Below are positions 1 through 9,674 of a DNA stretch of 64,000 bases, in pieces. The stretch is from Actinomycetota bacterium (GTDB taxonomy: Bacteria > Actinomycetota > Actinomycetes > JACCUZ01). The stretch is taken from NCBI GenBank assembly GCA_030841035.1, contig JAVEDI010000038.1, positions 35,205-99,204 on the forward strand, read 5' to 3'. Position 1 is the first letter of the stretch. Every line of letters begins with the position of its first letter. Made by a program: the position numbers and the translations under genes. The notes under the pieces are model-generated. The model searched no databases, had not been told where the DNA came from, and worked only from the letters and a program-made list of their open reading frames with translations.

Positions 1-1047
1 CTCGACACGATGTATCGCCAGTCCCGCGACCGGCTGCACGCGCCGACGCCGATCCTCAAGCAGATGGTGACCGCGGGGCAGCGGGGCCGTAAGACAGGCC
101 GCGGCTTCTACACCTACGAGGCCGCCGACTCGCCGGTCGTGGTGGGCGACGAGCTCACGCCCGCGTCCGGCCACCACGGAGCCGGCGCCCGCGCGCTGGA
201 GACGATCGGCGTGGTGGGCTCCGGCACGATGGCCGCGGGCATCGTCGAGGTGCTCGCCAAGGCGGGGTACGACGTGCTGTGCGTCACCCGGGGCGAGGAG
301 AAGCTCGCGCGGGTCCGTGCCACTGTCGAGCGGTCCCTGGAGAAGGCGGTGCTGCGCGGCAAGCTCGAGGAGGACGACCGCGACGCGGCCCTGGGCCGGG
401 TGCACGGCTCGTCCAGGCTCGACGACCTCGCCGACCGGGACCTCGTCATCGAGGCAGTCGTCGAGGAGCTCTCGGTCAAGCAGGCGCTGTTCTCGACCTT
501 CGATGAGATCTGCAAGCCGGGGGCCATTCTCGCGACGACCACCTCGTCGCTGCCGGTCATCGATATGGCGGCCGCGACGGGTCGCGCGTCGCAGGTGGTC
601 GGGCTGCACTTCTTCAACCCGGCGCCGGTCATGACGCTGGTCGAGGTCGTGCGCACGGTGTCGACGTCCGACGACGTGGTGGCCACGGTCAAGGCCGTGG
701 TCACGCGGGCCGGCAAGCATGCCGTGGAGTGCGGGGACCGCGCCGGGTTCATCGTCAACGCGCTGTTGTTCCCCTACCTCAACGACGCCGTCAAGATGCT
801 GCAGGCCCACTACGCCGGTGTCGAGGACATCGACAGCGCGATGATCGTGGGCTGCGGGTACCCGATGGGGCCCTTCGACCTGCTCGACGTGGTCGGCCTC
901 GACGTCGCTCACGCCATCCAGCGCAGCCTCTACCTCGAGTTCCGCGAGCCGGGCTTCGCCCCTGCGCCGCTGCTCGAGCAGCTGGTCACCGCCGGGTACC
1001 TGGGGCGCAAGACCGGGCGCGGCTTCCGCGACTACTCGGCCACCTGA
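1..1047 (+). CDS. 3-hydroxyacyl(butyryl)-CoA dehydrogenase, tandem-domain type, 5' end outside window
   Basis: GVVGSGTMAAG Rossmann motif, IEAVVE, TTTSSL, GLHFFNPAP; the C-domain motif GRKTGRGF occurs both at the window edge and at the C-terminus, so the protein is internally duplicated. Confidence 0.9.
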   Translation, partial: LDTMYRQSRDRLHAPTPILKQMVTAGQRGRKTGRGFYTYEAADSPVVVGDELTPASGHHGAGARALETIGVVGSGTMAAGIVEVLAKAGYDVLCVTRGEEKLARVRATVERSLEKAVLRGKLEEDDRDAALGRVHGSSRLDDLADRDLVIEAVVEELSVKQALFSTFDEICKPGAILATTTSSLPVIDMAAATGRASQVVGLHFFNPAPVMTLVEVVRTVSTSDDVVATVKAVVTRAGKHAVECGDRAGFIVNALLFPYLNDAVKMLQAHYAGVEDIDSAMIVGCGYPMGPFDLLDVVGLDVAHAIQRSLYLEFREPGFAPAPLLEQLVTAGYLGRKTGRGFRDYSAT

Positions 1048-1052
1048 CCCTC

Positions 1053-1385
1053 GTGCCCCGCCAGAACCGTCGCCGCCGTGACGACCCTCCCGACGGGGGC
1101 GTACCGGGCCGGGCGGCGACGCGGCGGGAGAGCGGTCCGGACGGCGACTGGCTGGTGCGCGCCGTGACGGGGGCGGCGGCCACCAAGGCCTACCGCTGTC
1201 CCGGCTGTGACCAGAAGGTGCCGCCAGGCGTGCCGCACGTCGTCGCGTGGCCCGACGACGGACCGTACGTCGGCACCGACGGCCGCGGGCTGGCCGATCG
1301 CAGGCACTGGCACACCGCCTGCTGGCAGGCGCGCGGCCGGCGCAGCCCACGGGTCCAGCGCGGGCGCGACGCTCCTCGGTACTGA
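1053..1385 (+). CDS. small conserved actinobacterial protein with Cys/His motif (putative Zn-binding)
   Basis: GTG 1053 just after the upstream stop; YRCPGCDQ...PHVVAWP...RRHWHTACW. Confidence 0.75.
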   Translation: MPRQNRRRRDDPPDGGVPGRAATRRESGPDGDWLVRAVTGAAATKAYRCPGCDQKVPPGVPHVVAWPDDGPYVGTDGRGLADRRHWHTACWQARGRRSPRVQRGRDAPRY

Positions 1386-1449
1386 GCCGGGCCCGCGGGT
1401 ACGGGACAGGCCGCATGCGACGTACCCGCAGCGGACATACTTGCCCGCG

Positions 1450-2244
1450 ATGACTGCCGACCACGCCGAACACATCTGGCGCGGCGAGCACCAGGTGCGC
1501 GCCGCGACCGTGCTGCCCGCCCGCCGTAGCCCCATGGAGCTGCACACCGCCGACGGGCTACGGCTGGTGGGAGAGCTGGCCGTGCCCGAGGACCGAGCGC
1601 CGTCGGCCACCCTCGTGACGCTGCACCCGCTGCCCACCCATGGCGGCTTCATGGACAGCCATGTCTACCGCAAGGCGGCCTACCGCCTGCCGGCGATGGC
1701 GGGGCTCGGCGTGCTGCGCTTCAACACCCGCGGCACGTCGTCACCGCGCGGCACGAGCGAGGGGTCGTTCGACAACGGGATCAGCGAGCGCTTCGACGTC
1801 GCGGCGGCCATCGAGTACGCCGAGTTCCACGAGGACCCGCCGTTGCCCCGGCGCTGGCTGGTGGGCTGGTCGTTCGGCACCGACCTGGCGCTCATGCACG
1901 GGCTCGACCCGTCGATCGAGGGACTGATCCTGCTCTCGCCGCCGCTGCGCTTCTCCCGACCGGAGCACCTCGACGCATGGGCGGAGTCGGGCAAGCCGGT
2001 GCTGGCGCTGGTGCCGGAGCACGACGACTACCTGCAGCCGCCTGAGGCCCGGCAGCGGTTCGCCCGCATCCCGCAGGCCGAGGTGGTGGGTGTCGAGGGG
2101 GCGAAGCACCTGTGGGTGGGGGAGCCGTCCGTACGCCGGGTCCTCGACGAGATCGTGAGACGTGTGGCGCCCGAGGCCTACCCGCTGCCCACGCAGTGGC
2201 CGCCGCCGGCCGAGCCGCAGACCGCAGCGGGCGCACGTTCGTGA
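1450..2244 (+). CDS. alpha/beta hydrolase
   Basis: HPLPTHGGFMD, LRFNTRG, GWSFG nucleophile elbow, AKHLW. Confidence 0.85.
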   Translation: MTADHAEHIWRGEHQVRAATVLPARRSPMELHTADGLRLVGELAVPEDRAPSATLVTLHPLPTHGGFMDSHVYRKAAYRLPAMAGLGVLRFNTRGTSSPRGTSEGSFDNGISERFDVAAAIEYAEFHEDPPLPRRWLVGWSFGTDLALMHGLDPSIEGLILLSPPLRFSRPEHLDAWAESGKPVLALVPEHDDYLQPPEARQRFARIPQAEVVGVEGAKHLWVGEPSVRRVLDEIVRRVAPEAYPLPTQWPPPAEPQTAAGARS

Positions 2245-2262
2245 CGCCGCTGGGCCGGGCCG

Positions 2263-3522
2263 TCAGACGCGGTCCATGCGGGGGATGGTGACCTGCCGGA
2301 TCACCAACAGCGCCGCCGCCGCGACGGGGATGGCCAACAGGGCACCGGTGACCCCGAGCAGGGCGCCTCCGATCAGTACGGCGACCACCGTGACGGGGGC
2401 GGGTACGTCGACCGCCCGGCGCATCACCCGCGGATAGATCAGGTAGTTCTCGACCTGCTGGTAGGCCACGTAGAAGAGGATGCAGGCGATGCCGGTCCCG
2501 GGCGACTGGATGAACCCCAGCGCCGAGACGGCCACGGCGGCGATCGACGCGCCCACGAGGGGGACCAGGTCCAGCAGGCCGACGAACACCGCCAGTGCGA
2601 GGGCGAACGGCATGTGGACGATCAGCAGGAAGATCCAGGAGCACGTCGCCGCGATGAACGCCACAGTCAGCGCGCCGCTCACGAACCCACCGATGCGCAC
2701 CAGGATCTCGTCGGTCAGCAACGTGACGCGGTGGCGCCGCGTGGCAGGAACGAGACGGTAGGCCTGACGCTTCATGCTGGGCAGTGCGGCCAGGAAGTAC
2801 AGCGTCATGATGAGCATCGAGAAGGCGCTGAAGACCGCGTTGACCACGATGCGGCCCACCCCGAGCAGGCCCCCGAACACCCGCTGGCCGAGGTCGGGCC
2901 CGGTGACGTAGTCCTGGGCCTTCTGGATGACGTGGTAGTCGTTGTCGAACTGACGGATGGTCCGGTTGCCTCGCAGGTCCTCGAGGTAGCTGGGCAGCTC
3001 CTTGATGAACGCGTTGGTCTGCTCCACCACCGGCGGCACCACCGCGAAGCCGAACCCGACGAACGCGCCGATGACCGCGGCGAACACGATCCCGATGGCC
3101 ACGCCGCGGCGCATGCCGCGCTGGCACAACCCGTCGACGATCGGGTTGAGCCCGACGGCGAGGAAGAGCGCCACGGCGATCAGGATGAGGACCGAGCGGG
3201 CCTGTGAGATGGCGTGCACGATGCCGAGCGCCAGCAGGACGCCCAGTGCCCCGAGGAAGCCGATCATGAAAGGTGAGTCGCGTCGCAACGGGCGACCCGG
3301 CCGGCCGAACTGCTGGTCGGCGGGCTCCGGCTGGTCCTGCGAGGCGTCCTGGGCCTCCCGGGCCGCCTGCCGCGCGGCCTCGGCCGACTCCCGTGCGGTC
3401 TCGACCTGTTCGCGGGCCGCCTCGACCTGCTCCCGGGCGGTCTCGGCGCGCTCGCGGGCGGTCTCGGCGCGCTCGCGCGCGGTCTCGCCGCTCGGACCGG
3501 CGGCCCGTGACTGATCGCTCAC
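2263..3522 (-). CDS. AI-2E (PerM/TqsA) family membrane transporter with N-terminal heptad-repeat extension
   Basis: LAVGLNPIV, LDLVPLVGA, YQQVENYLIYPRVM, GALLAIPVAA; several TM segments; GTG 3522. Confidence 0.85.
   Translation of the reverse strand: MSDQSRAAGPSGETARERAETARERAETAREQVEAAREQVETARESAEAARQAAREAQDASQDQPEPADQQFGRPGRPLRRDSPFMIGFLGALGVLLALGIVHAISQARSVLILIAVALFLAVGLNPIVDGLCQRGMRRGVAIGIVFAAVIGAFVGFGFAVVPPVVEQTNAFIKELPSYLEDLRGNRTIRQFDNDYHVIQKAQDYVTGPDLGQRVFGGLLGVGRIVVNAVFSAFSMLIMTLYFLAALPSMKRQAYRLVPATRRHRVTLLTDEILVRIGGFVSGALTVAFIAATCSWIFLLIVHMPFALALAVFVGLLDLVPLVGASIAAVAVSALGFIQSPGTGIACILFYVAYQQVENYLIYPRVMRRAVDVPAPVTVVAVLIGGALLGVTGALLAIPVAAAALLVIRQVTIPRMDRV
3396..3488. repeat. 21-bp imperfect tandem repeat (about 4.5 copies) encoding ETARERA/ETAREQV heptads
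   Basis: units start at 3396, 3417, 3438, 3459 and 3480 (e.g. cggtctcggcgcgctcgcggg). Confidence 0.85.
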
Positions 3523-3592
3523 TCCACCAGGCTCCTGTTCCGCTCGCGGCCGCTGTGGCGGGAGCGTATCGGCCACCCGTGGGCCGAGCGGG

Positions 3593-4849
3593 TCAGCGCC
3601 GCGCGGGATCGCCGTTCGCCGCACCGGCCTTCGGCGCGGTCGCGGTCGTGTCGACCTGCTCCTGCGCCTCCTCGGGGGCTGCGGACCCTGCGGTGCCGGT
3701 CGTGGTCGGGGTGACGTGGGAGCCCGGCACCGGTGAGGCCGCGGGCGTGGTCTGCTCGGGAGCCGTGGCGTCGTCGGCCTCGACCCTCTCGTGCTTCGCC
3801 CCCTCCGCCGTCGCCCCGTCCGTCGCCCCGTCCGCCGTCCCGTCCGCCGTCGCCCCGTCCGCCGTCGCGTCGTCGTCGGCACCGTCGCCGGCCTCCGCCT
3901 CCTCGGTGCTGGGGACCTCGGCCTTCGCGCTGCCCGCAGGGGCTGCCTCGGTCTCCGGTCCGTCGTCGGCGAACGGGTTCGCCACGGAGGCACCGGTCAG
4001 CGTGGCGAGCATCTGGCGCACGTTGGTCAACTGGGCGTTGATGCTGTCCCGGCGTTGGGTGGCCGCAGCCAGCTCGCGCAGGGACTCGCCCCGGATGCGC
4101 TCCGCGGTCGCCTTGGCCTCGGCCACCCTGTCGTCGGCCTGCTGCTGGGTCTCCTCGAGCATCCGCTTGGACTTGCGCTCGGCGTCCGCGCGCAGCTTCT
4201 CCGCCTCCAGGCGCAGCTGTTCGGCACGCTGGGCCACCGCCGCGAGGCGATGCTCGTTGGCGCTCATCTGCTCGGTGAAGTCGTGCTCGGCCTGGTCGCG
4301 ACGCTGGGCAAGCGTCGTCTCGAAGTCGGCAGCAGCCTTGGCCGCCTTGGCCCGGTTGTGCTCGAAGAGGGCCTCGGCCTCCTCGCGGCGCGACTTGGCG
4401 GTGCGCTCGGTGTCGTCGCGCAGCTGGTCGCTCTGCCGCCGGGCGTCCTCGAGCACCCGTGCGGCCTCGCTCTCGGCCTCGCTGCGGCGCTCCTGCGCGT
4501 AGCGGTCCGCGTCGCTACGGATCTGCTGCGCGGCCTGCTCGGCCAGGGCGCGGTGCTGGTCGGCCTCCTCGGCGGCCTGTGCGAGGAGGCTGCGGGACTC
4601 CTGGTCGGCCAGGCCGAGGATCTGCTCGATGTGCGCTCCCAGACCGGAGTAGCGAGCCGCCGGTTCCCTCGTCGCCTCCTGCAGCTGCCTCTCCAGCTCC
4701 CCGACGCCCTGCTCGAGCTCCCTGACCCGCTGCCGGGCGGCCTGCAGGTCGCGCGCGAGCGAGTGCACGCGTCGATCGACCTGCTGCGGCTCGTAGCCGC
4801 GTCGCACGATCTCGAACTGCTCGCGAGGAGTCTCAGCAGGGGTCGTCAT
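3593..4849 (-). CDS. filP: FilP-like coiled-coil protein with DivIVA-like N-terminus
   Basis: FEIVRRGYEPQQVD N-terminus; YSGLGAHIEQIL; KAAKAAADFETTLA; RRDSINAQLTNVRQMLATLTG; acidic low-complexity tail. Confidence 0.8.
   Translation of the reverse strand: MTTPAETPREQFEIVRRGYEPQQVDRRVHSLARDLQAARQRVRELEQGVGELERQLQEATREPAARYSGLGAHIEQILGLADQESRSLLAQAAEEADQHRALAEQAAQQIRSDADRYAQERRSEAESEAARVLEDARRQSDQLRDDTERTAKSRREEAEALFEHNRAKAAKAAADFETTLAQRRDQAEHDFTEQMSANEHRLAAVAQRAEQLRLEAEKLRADAERKSKRMLEETQQQADDRVAEAKATAERIRGESLRELAAATQRRDSINAQLTNVRQMLATLTGASVANPFADDGPETEAAPAGSAKAEVPSTEEAEAGDGADDDATADGATADGTADGATDGATAEGAKHERVEADDATAPEQTTPAASPVPGSHVTPTTTGTAGSAAPEEAQEQVDTTATAPKAGAANGDPARR
3804..3869. repeat. 12/15-bp tandem repeat in the FilP tail (ATADG/TADG units)
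   Basis: tccgccgtcgccccg / tccgtcgccccg / tccgccgtcccg units, 5 copies. Confidence 0.85.
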
Positions 4850-4899
4850 CGTTGTCCATCCTGTGGGTTCGATGCGGGAAGGTCATGTTCGCACGACTC

Positions 4900-6432
4900 T
4901 CAGCCCGGCTCCACGCCATGGTCGCCGGCGTCGGCGGGCCGGCCGGCAGCGACGCTCGACGGCACGTTCAGGGCCTCGATCACACCCGAGAGCCGCATCA
5001 GCTCCTCGGCGATCTCGTCACGGCGGGTGCTCAGGGCAGCAACCTCCGCGCGGGCGTCGTCGAGCAGCTGGTGGGCCGAGCGACGCAGCTCGTCGGCCTC
5101 CGCGCGGGCCTCGCTGACCATCGCGACCGACTCGGCGCGCGCCTGCCGGCGAGCGTGCTCGGCCTCGCGCTGGGCCTGTGACACCTGGGCGGCGACGCGC
5201 TCGCGCAGCTCTCGGGCACCGGACTGCGCCTCCTCCTCACGGCGGGCGGCACGGTCCTGCACGGCCGTGGCCTTCTCCGTCGCCTCGGCGACGGTGCGCG
5301 AGGCGCGGTGGCTCGCATCCCTCAGCCGGCGCTGCGCCTCGGCCGTTGCGTCTGCCAGCAGCTGCTGAGCGCGCTGCTGCACCGGGGCGACCTGGGCCTC
5401 GGCCTCGCGCATGCGGGTCTCGGCGGTCTCATGGGTGGCCGCGATCAGTGCCTCCGCCTGGCTGCGTACCTCCGCTACGGTCGTGCGAGCCGCGGAGTGC
5501 GCCTCCCTGCGGATGCGCTCGGCGTCGACGTTCGCCGCGTCGATCACCTTCTCGACCGTGCGCTTGGCCCACGCCGTGTGCTCCGCTGCCGCGGCGAGAA
5601 CCTCGTCGGCCTCGCCCCGTGCTGCCGTGCGGAGGCGCTCGGCGTCGGCACCCGCGGCGGCGAGCATCGCGGCGACGCCGTCCCGCGCCTGCTCGGCGTC
5701 ACGCTCGATGCTCCCGCGGATGGCGGCGACCGCTTCCTGCGCCTCACGGCGGGCGATCGCGGCGTTCTCGGCGGCCTGGGCGACGATCTCGTCGGCGTGC
5801 TGCTGGGCCTGCGCCAGCCGGACGTCGACCTCGTCATCGGCCTCGCGGCGGTGGCGCTCGGCCTCCTCGCGTGCGGCCGCGACGATCGCGTCGGCCTCCT
5901 GCTGAGCCCTCTCCCGGACGTCATGCGCCTGTGCGCGTATCGACTCGGCGTCGGCCGTGGCCACGTCGCGCGCGGTCTCGGCCTCGCGCCGGGCGTCGGC
6001 CAACAGGTCGTCGGCGCTCGCCGACGCCCCCGCGACGAGCATCGCCGCCTGGTCCGCGGCGTCGGCAAGCAGCTGGCGGGTCTCCTGCGCCGCCTCGGCC
6101 CACTGCTGCTGCGTCGTCTGCGCGGCATGCTCGACGCGCCGCGCGGCCTCCTCCAACGCGTCCGCGCGCCGTCGGGCGGCCTCCTCCTCCAGGCGCACGG
6201 CGCCGGCATGCCGCTCGGTGATGTCGGCGTGCAGCCGCTCCGTCCTCGCGCGCAGCTGCGCAGTCTCGGCGCGCGCCGCGGCGACCTCCTCCTCGGTCTG
6301 GGCGCGAAGCCGGTCGGCCTGTGCCTGCGCGGCGTACAGCAGCCGGCTGGCGCGCTCGGCGACCGGGGCGTCGGCGTCACCGGCGCCGGCGGTGGTGACG
6401 GAGTCGGCGGTGGTGACGGAGTCGGACTCCAT
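4900..6432 (-). CDS. Ala/Glu/Arg-rich coiled-coil protein, short Scy-like
   Basis: 510 aa almost entirely A/E/R/Q coiled-coil; C-terminal RRDEIAEELMRLSGVIEAL resembles the FilP/Scy C-terminus; lies directly upstream of filP. Confidence 0.65.
   Translation of the reverse strand: MESDSVTTADSVTTAGAGDADAPVAERASRLLYAAQAQADRLRAQTEEEVAAARAETAQLRARTERLHADITERHAGAVRLEEEAARRRADALEEAARRVEHAAQTTQQQWAEAAQETRQLLADAADQAAMLVAGASASADDLLADARREAETARDVATADAESIRAQAHDVRERAQQEADAIVAAAREEAERHRREADDEVDVRLAQAQQHADEIVAQAAENAAIARREAQEAVAAIRGSIERDAEQARDGVAAMLAAAGADAERLRTAARGEADEVLAAAAEHTAWAKRTVEKVIDAANVDAERIRREAHSAARTTVAEVRSQAEALIAATHETAETRMREAEAQVAPVQQRAQQLLADATAEAQRRLRDASHRASRTVAEATEKATAVQDRAARREEEAQSGARELRERVAAQVSQAQREAEHARRQARAESVAMVSEARAEADELRRSAHQLLDDARAEVAALSTRRDEIAEELMRLSGVIEALNVPSSVAAGRPADAGDHGVEPG
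6388..6423. repeat. perfect 18-bp direct repeat x2 (DSVTTA)
   Basis: ggcggtggtgacggagtc at 6388-6405 and 6406-6423. Confidence 0.9.
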
Positions 6433-6511
6433 GGGTAGGCATCGTGTCAGAACTGCCGCGTCGTGTCAGACCCGTCTTCGGGGCCCGACCGGGCCGGGCC
6501 CCGCAGGCAGG

Positions 6512-7861
6512 TCACACCTCGCGGAAGCGGTTGATCGCGGTCTCGTGGCGGGCGCGCAGCTCATGGTCGCGCACGCCGAGGCCCTCCCGGGGGGACAGGC
6601 ACAGGACGCCGACCTTGCCCTGGTGGGCGTTGCGATGTACGTCGTGCGCGGCTTGCCCCACCTCGTCGAGGCAGTAGGTGCGCGAGAGCGTCGGGTGGAT
6701 CTTGCCGCGGGCGATCAGCCGGTTGGCCTCCCAGGCCTCGCGGTAGTTCGCGAAGTGCGAGCCGATGATGCGCTTGAGGTGCATCCACAGGTAGCGGTTG
6801 TCGTACTCGTGCAGGAAACCGCTCGTCGATGCGCAGGTGACGATCGTCCCCCCGCGGCGGGCGACGAACACGCTGGCGCCGAAGGTCTCGCGTCCAGGGT
6901 GCTCGAAGACGATGTCGGGGTCCTCGCCACCGGTCAGCTCACGGATGCGCTTGCCGAGCCGCTGCCACTCGCGGGGGTCCTGCGTCGTCTCGTCCTTCCA
7001 GAACCGGTAGTCCTCGCTACGGCGGTCGATGATCAGCTCGGCGCCCATCGAGCGCGCGATCTCCGCCTTGTCCGGGCTCGAGACGACGCACACCGGGGTG
7101 GCCCCCCCGCCGATCGCCATCTGGGTCGCGTAGGAGCCCAGGCCGCCGCTGGCGCCCCAGATGAGCACCACGTCGCCCTGCTTCATGCCGGCGCCGTTGC
7201 GGGAGACCAGCTGGCGGTAGGCCGTGGAGTTCACCAGGCCGGGGCAGGCGGCCTCCTCCCAGCTCAGGTGCGCAGGCTTGGGCATCAGCTGGTTGGTCTT
7301 GACGAGGGCCAGCTGCGCGAGACCGCCGAAGTTCGTCTCGAACCCCCAGATGCGCTGCTCGGGGTCGAGCATCGTGTCGTTGTGCCCGTCGGGGCTCTCC
7401 AGCTCGACGCTCAAACAGTGCGCCACCACCTCGTCGCCGGGGCGCCACTTCTGCACGCCGGCTCCGGTGCGCAGGACGACGCCGGACAGGTCCGAGCCGA
7501 CGACGTGGTAGGGCAGGTCGTGGCGCGCCCCCATCGGGCCGGAGCGCCCGTAGCGTTCGAGGAAGGCGAATGTGGACACCGGCTCGAACATCGCCGACCA
7601 GACGGTGTTGTAGTTGATCGCACTGGCCATGACGGCGACGAGTGCCTCCCCGGGGGCCAGCTCGGGGGTGGCCACGTCCTCGACGTGCAGGCTCGTGCGT
7701 GGGTCCTTCTCGCTGCTGGCGAGCCCCTCGAACATGTCCTGCTCGTCCGCGTGCACGGTGACCGCGCGGTAGTGCTCGGGCACGGGCAGCCGGGCGAACG
7801 CCTCGGCGGGCAGCTCATCGCCGCCCTCGCGGGCCTGGATGGCATCGAGGATGTCCTGCAC
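6512..7861 (-). CDS. ccr: crotonyl-CoA carboxylase/reductase
   Basis: ASAINYNTVW, HVVGSDLSGVV, IWGFETNFG, WGASGGLG, FEHPG, YDNRYLWM, GSHFAN; GTG 7861 with GGAGG RBS. Confidence 0.95.
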   Translation of the reverse strand: MQDILDAIQAREGGDELPAEAFARLPVPEHYRAVTVHADEQDMFEGLASSEKDPRTSLHVEDVATPELAPGEALVAVMASAINYNTVWSAMFEPVSTFAFLERYGRSGPMGARHDLPYHVVGSDLSGVVLRTGAGVQKWRPGDEVVAHCLSVELESPDGHNDTMLDPEQRIWGFETNFGGLAQLALVKTNQLMPKPAHLSWEEAACPGLVNSTAYRQLVSRNGAGMKQGDVVLIWGASGGLGSYATQMAIGGGATPVCVVSSPDKAEIARSMGAELIIDRRSEDYRFWKDETTQDPREWQRLGKRIRELTGGEDPDIVFEHPGRETFGASVFVARRGGTIVTCASTSGFLHEYDNRYLWMHLKRIIGSHFANYREAWEANRLIARGKIHPTLSRTYCLDEVGQAAHDVHRNAHQGKVGVLCLSPREGLGVRDHELRARHETAINRFREV

Positions 7862-7916
7862 GGGTCCCTCCGGCGGTCCGGGCGGTAACGGGCGCACTCG
7901 CGCGTTCGGCCGAACA

Positions 7917-7930
7917 TTACTGGCCAGTAA
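7917..7930. promoter_or_regulatory. perfect 14-bp palindrome TTACTGGCCAGTAA, candidate repressor operator upstream of ccr
   Basis: palindrome seen directly, about 55 bp upstream of the ccr start; operator role is inference. Confidence 0.55.
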
Positions 7931-8069
7931 CCTCGGGGCGGAAGAGGGGCCGGGCCCGGGATGCACGAAGGGCCGCCGCGACGGGCCGCGTCGCCGGCGG
8001 CGAGCGGCACCGCCGCCGGTCACCTGCGGGTGTGGTGGGCGACGCATGTGCCGCCGGCCGTCGTGCGGC

Positions 8070-8102
8070 GTTCATGTGCTCGTTCGCCGGTGCTCATCTG
8101 CG
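8070..8102 (+). promoter_or_regulatory. PHO-box-like direct repeats upstream of phoX
   Basis: GTTCATG (8070), GTTCGCC (8082), GCTCATC (8092) resemble the actinobacterial PhoP GTTCACC 11-nt repeat; spacing is 12+10, not ideal. Confidence 0.4.
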
Positions 8103-8156
8103 CCCACAAGAGTCGCGCTCGACCGCCCCGGACGAGCTTCGAGGAGCCAGAGACAC

Positions 8157-9647
8157 ATGACTGAGACCGCGCGCGAGGGCCACGAGGGCTTGTCCCGCCG
8201 TCGCCTGCTGGGCCGAGGTGCGGCCGTCGGGGCCGGCATCACCCTGACCGGCACCCTGGCCTCGATCTTCGGCTCCGACACCTCGGTGGCCGACACCCCC
8301 GCACGCGTCGGGCGCGCGAAGACGCCGCCCGGATACGGCCCCCTCGTGAGCGACCCGGCCGGTCGGCTCGCGCTGCCGGAAGGCTTCTCCTACACGCTGA
8401 TCGCGAAGTCCGGTGAGACCGTCCTGGAGACCGGGGAGCCGACACCGGACCGTCCCGACGGCACGGCCAGCTTCGAGGGTCGCCAGAACGCCAGCATCCT
8501 GGTCACCAACCACGAGATCAGCTCGCCCGGCGGCAACCCGGTGCCCCACCACGACGGCATGGTCTACGACGCGGGAGCGTTCGGCGGCACGACGACCCTC
8601 GAGGTCGACCGTCATGGCAACCGGGTGCGCGAGTTCGTGAGTCTGGCCGGCACCCACAACAACTGCTCCGGCGGCAAGACGCCCTGGGGCACCTGGCTCA
8701 GCTGTGAGGAGACCGAGGCCGTCCCGACCGCGCAGAACGGCCTGACCCAGCGGCACGGCTACGTGTTCGAGGTCGATCCCTACGACAACAGCCGCAACCT
8801 CGACCCGAGACCGATCAAGGCGCTCGGTCGCTACGCGCACGAGGCGGTGGTGGTCGACCCGGCGCGCTTCCAGCTCTACCTGACCGAGGACGCGGGCAGC
8901 CCGAACGGTCTGGTCTACCGCTACACGCCGCCGGAGTCCGCGCTTCCGCTGCGCCGCGGCTCGCTGGCCGCGCTGGGCCCGACCGACGGTCGGCTCGAGG
9001 CGATGCGGGCGTTCGACTACGGCAGGTTCGTGGCGGACCTGTCCGTCGCGCAGGTAGGCACGACGTACGACGTCGAGTGGGCCGACGTCCCCGAGCGGGA
9101 CGCGAGCGCGGTGTCGACGCGCAAGCAGTTCAACCTCCCCGGCGGTTCCGGCGCCCCGGGCGGGGATGCGACCCGCAGCCGCAAGCTCGAGGGGGCCTGG
9201 TGGGGCCACGACGGCTTCTACTTCGTGTCGTCCTTCGCCCGCAACTCCGACGGCAGCGCCGCCCAGCACGACGGGCAGGTGTGGTTCCTGGACCCGGACG
9301 AGGACACCATCACCCTGGCGCTGGCCTTCGCCTACACACCGGGCGACCAGGACGACGACCCCGACGGCCCGGACAACATCACCGTGTCGCCCTTCGGCGG
9401 AGTCATCCTCGCCGAGGACGGCGAGGGCAGGCAGCACCTGGTGGGCGCTGACGACCGGGGAAAGGCGTTCTTCTTCGCCCGCAACGACCTGCCGGGCAGC
9501 GAGGAGTTCACCGGACCCAACTTCTCCGCCGACCGGCGCTTCCTCTTCGCCAACGTCCAGGTACCGGGTCACGTGTTCGCCATCACCGGGCCGTGGCGCA
9601 AGGCGCAGGGCCGCAACGGCGACGACGGGCGCTCCGCTCGCGGCTAG
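8157..9647 (+). CDS. phoX: PhoX-family alkaline phosphatase, Tat-exported
   Basis: SRRRLL Tat signal; LVTNHE, NCSGGKTPWGTWLSCEE, GRYAHEA, LTED, KLEG, PDNITVSP, AEDG, EFTGP, NVQ. Confidence 0.9.
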   Translation: MTETAREGHEGLSRRRLLGRGAAVGAGITLTGTLASIFGSDTSVADTPARVGRAKTPPGYGPLVSDPAGRLALPEGFSYTLIAKSGETVLETGEPTPDRPDGTASFEGRQNASILVTNHEISSPGGNPVPHHDGMVYDAGAFGGTTTLEVDRHGNRVREFVSLAGTHNNCSGGKTPWGTWLSCEETEAVPTAQNGLTQRHGYVFEVDPYDNSRNLDPRPIKALGRYAHEAVVVDPARFQLYLTEDAGSPNGLVYRYTPPESALPLRRGSLAALGPTDGRLEAMRAFDYGRFVADLSVAQVGTTYDVEWADVPERDASAVSTRKQFNLPGGSGAPGGDATRSRKLEGAWWGHDGFYFVSSFARNSDGSAAQHDGQVWFLDPDEDTITLALAFAYTPGDQDDDPDGPDNITVSPFGGVILAEDGEGRQHLVGADDRGKAFFFARNDLPGSEEFTGPNFSADRRFLFANVQVPGHVFAITGPWRKAQGRNGDDGRSARG

Positions 9648-9674
9648 CCAGCCGCGGGCGGGTGAGGGGGTCGC

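Noticed and set aside
3804-3869. Short tandem repeats as a possible CRISPR or other array
   Set aside because: No unique spacers and no cas genes; in-frame low-complexity coding repeat
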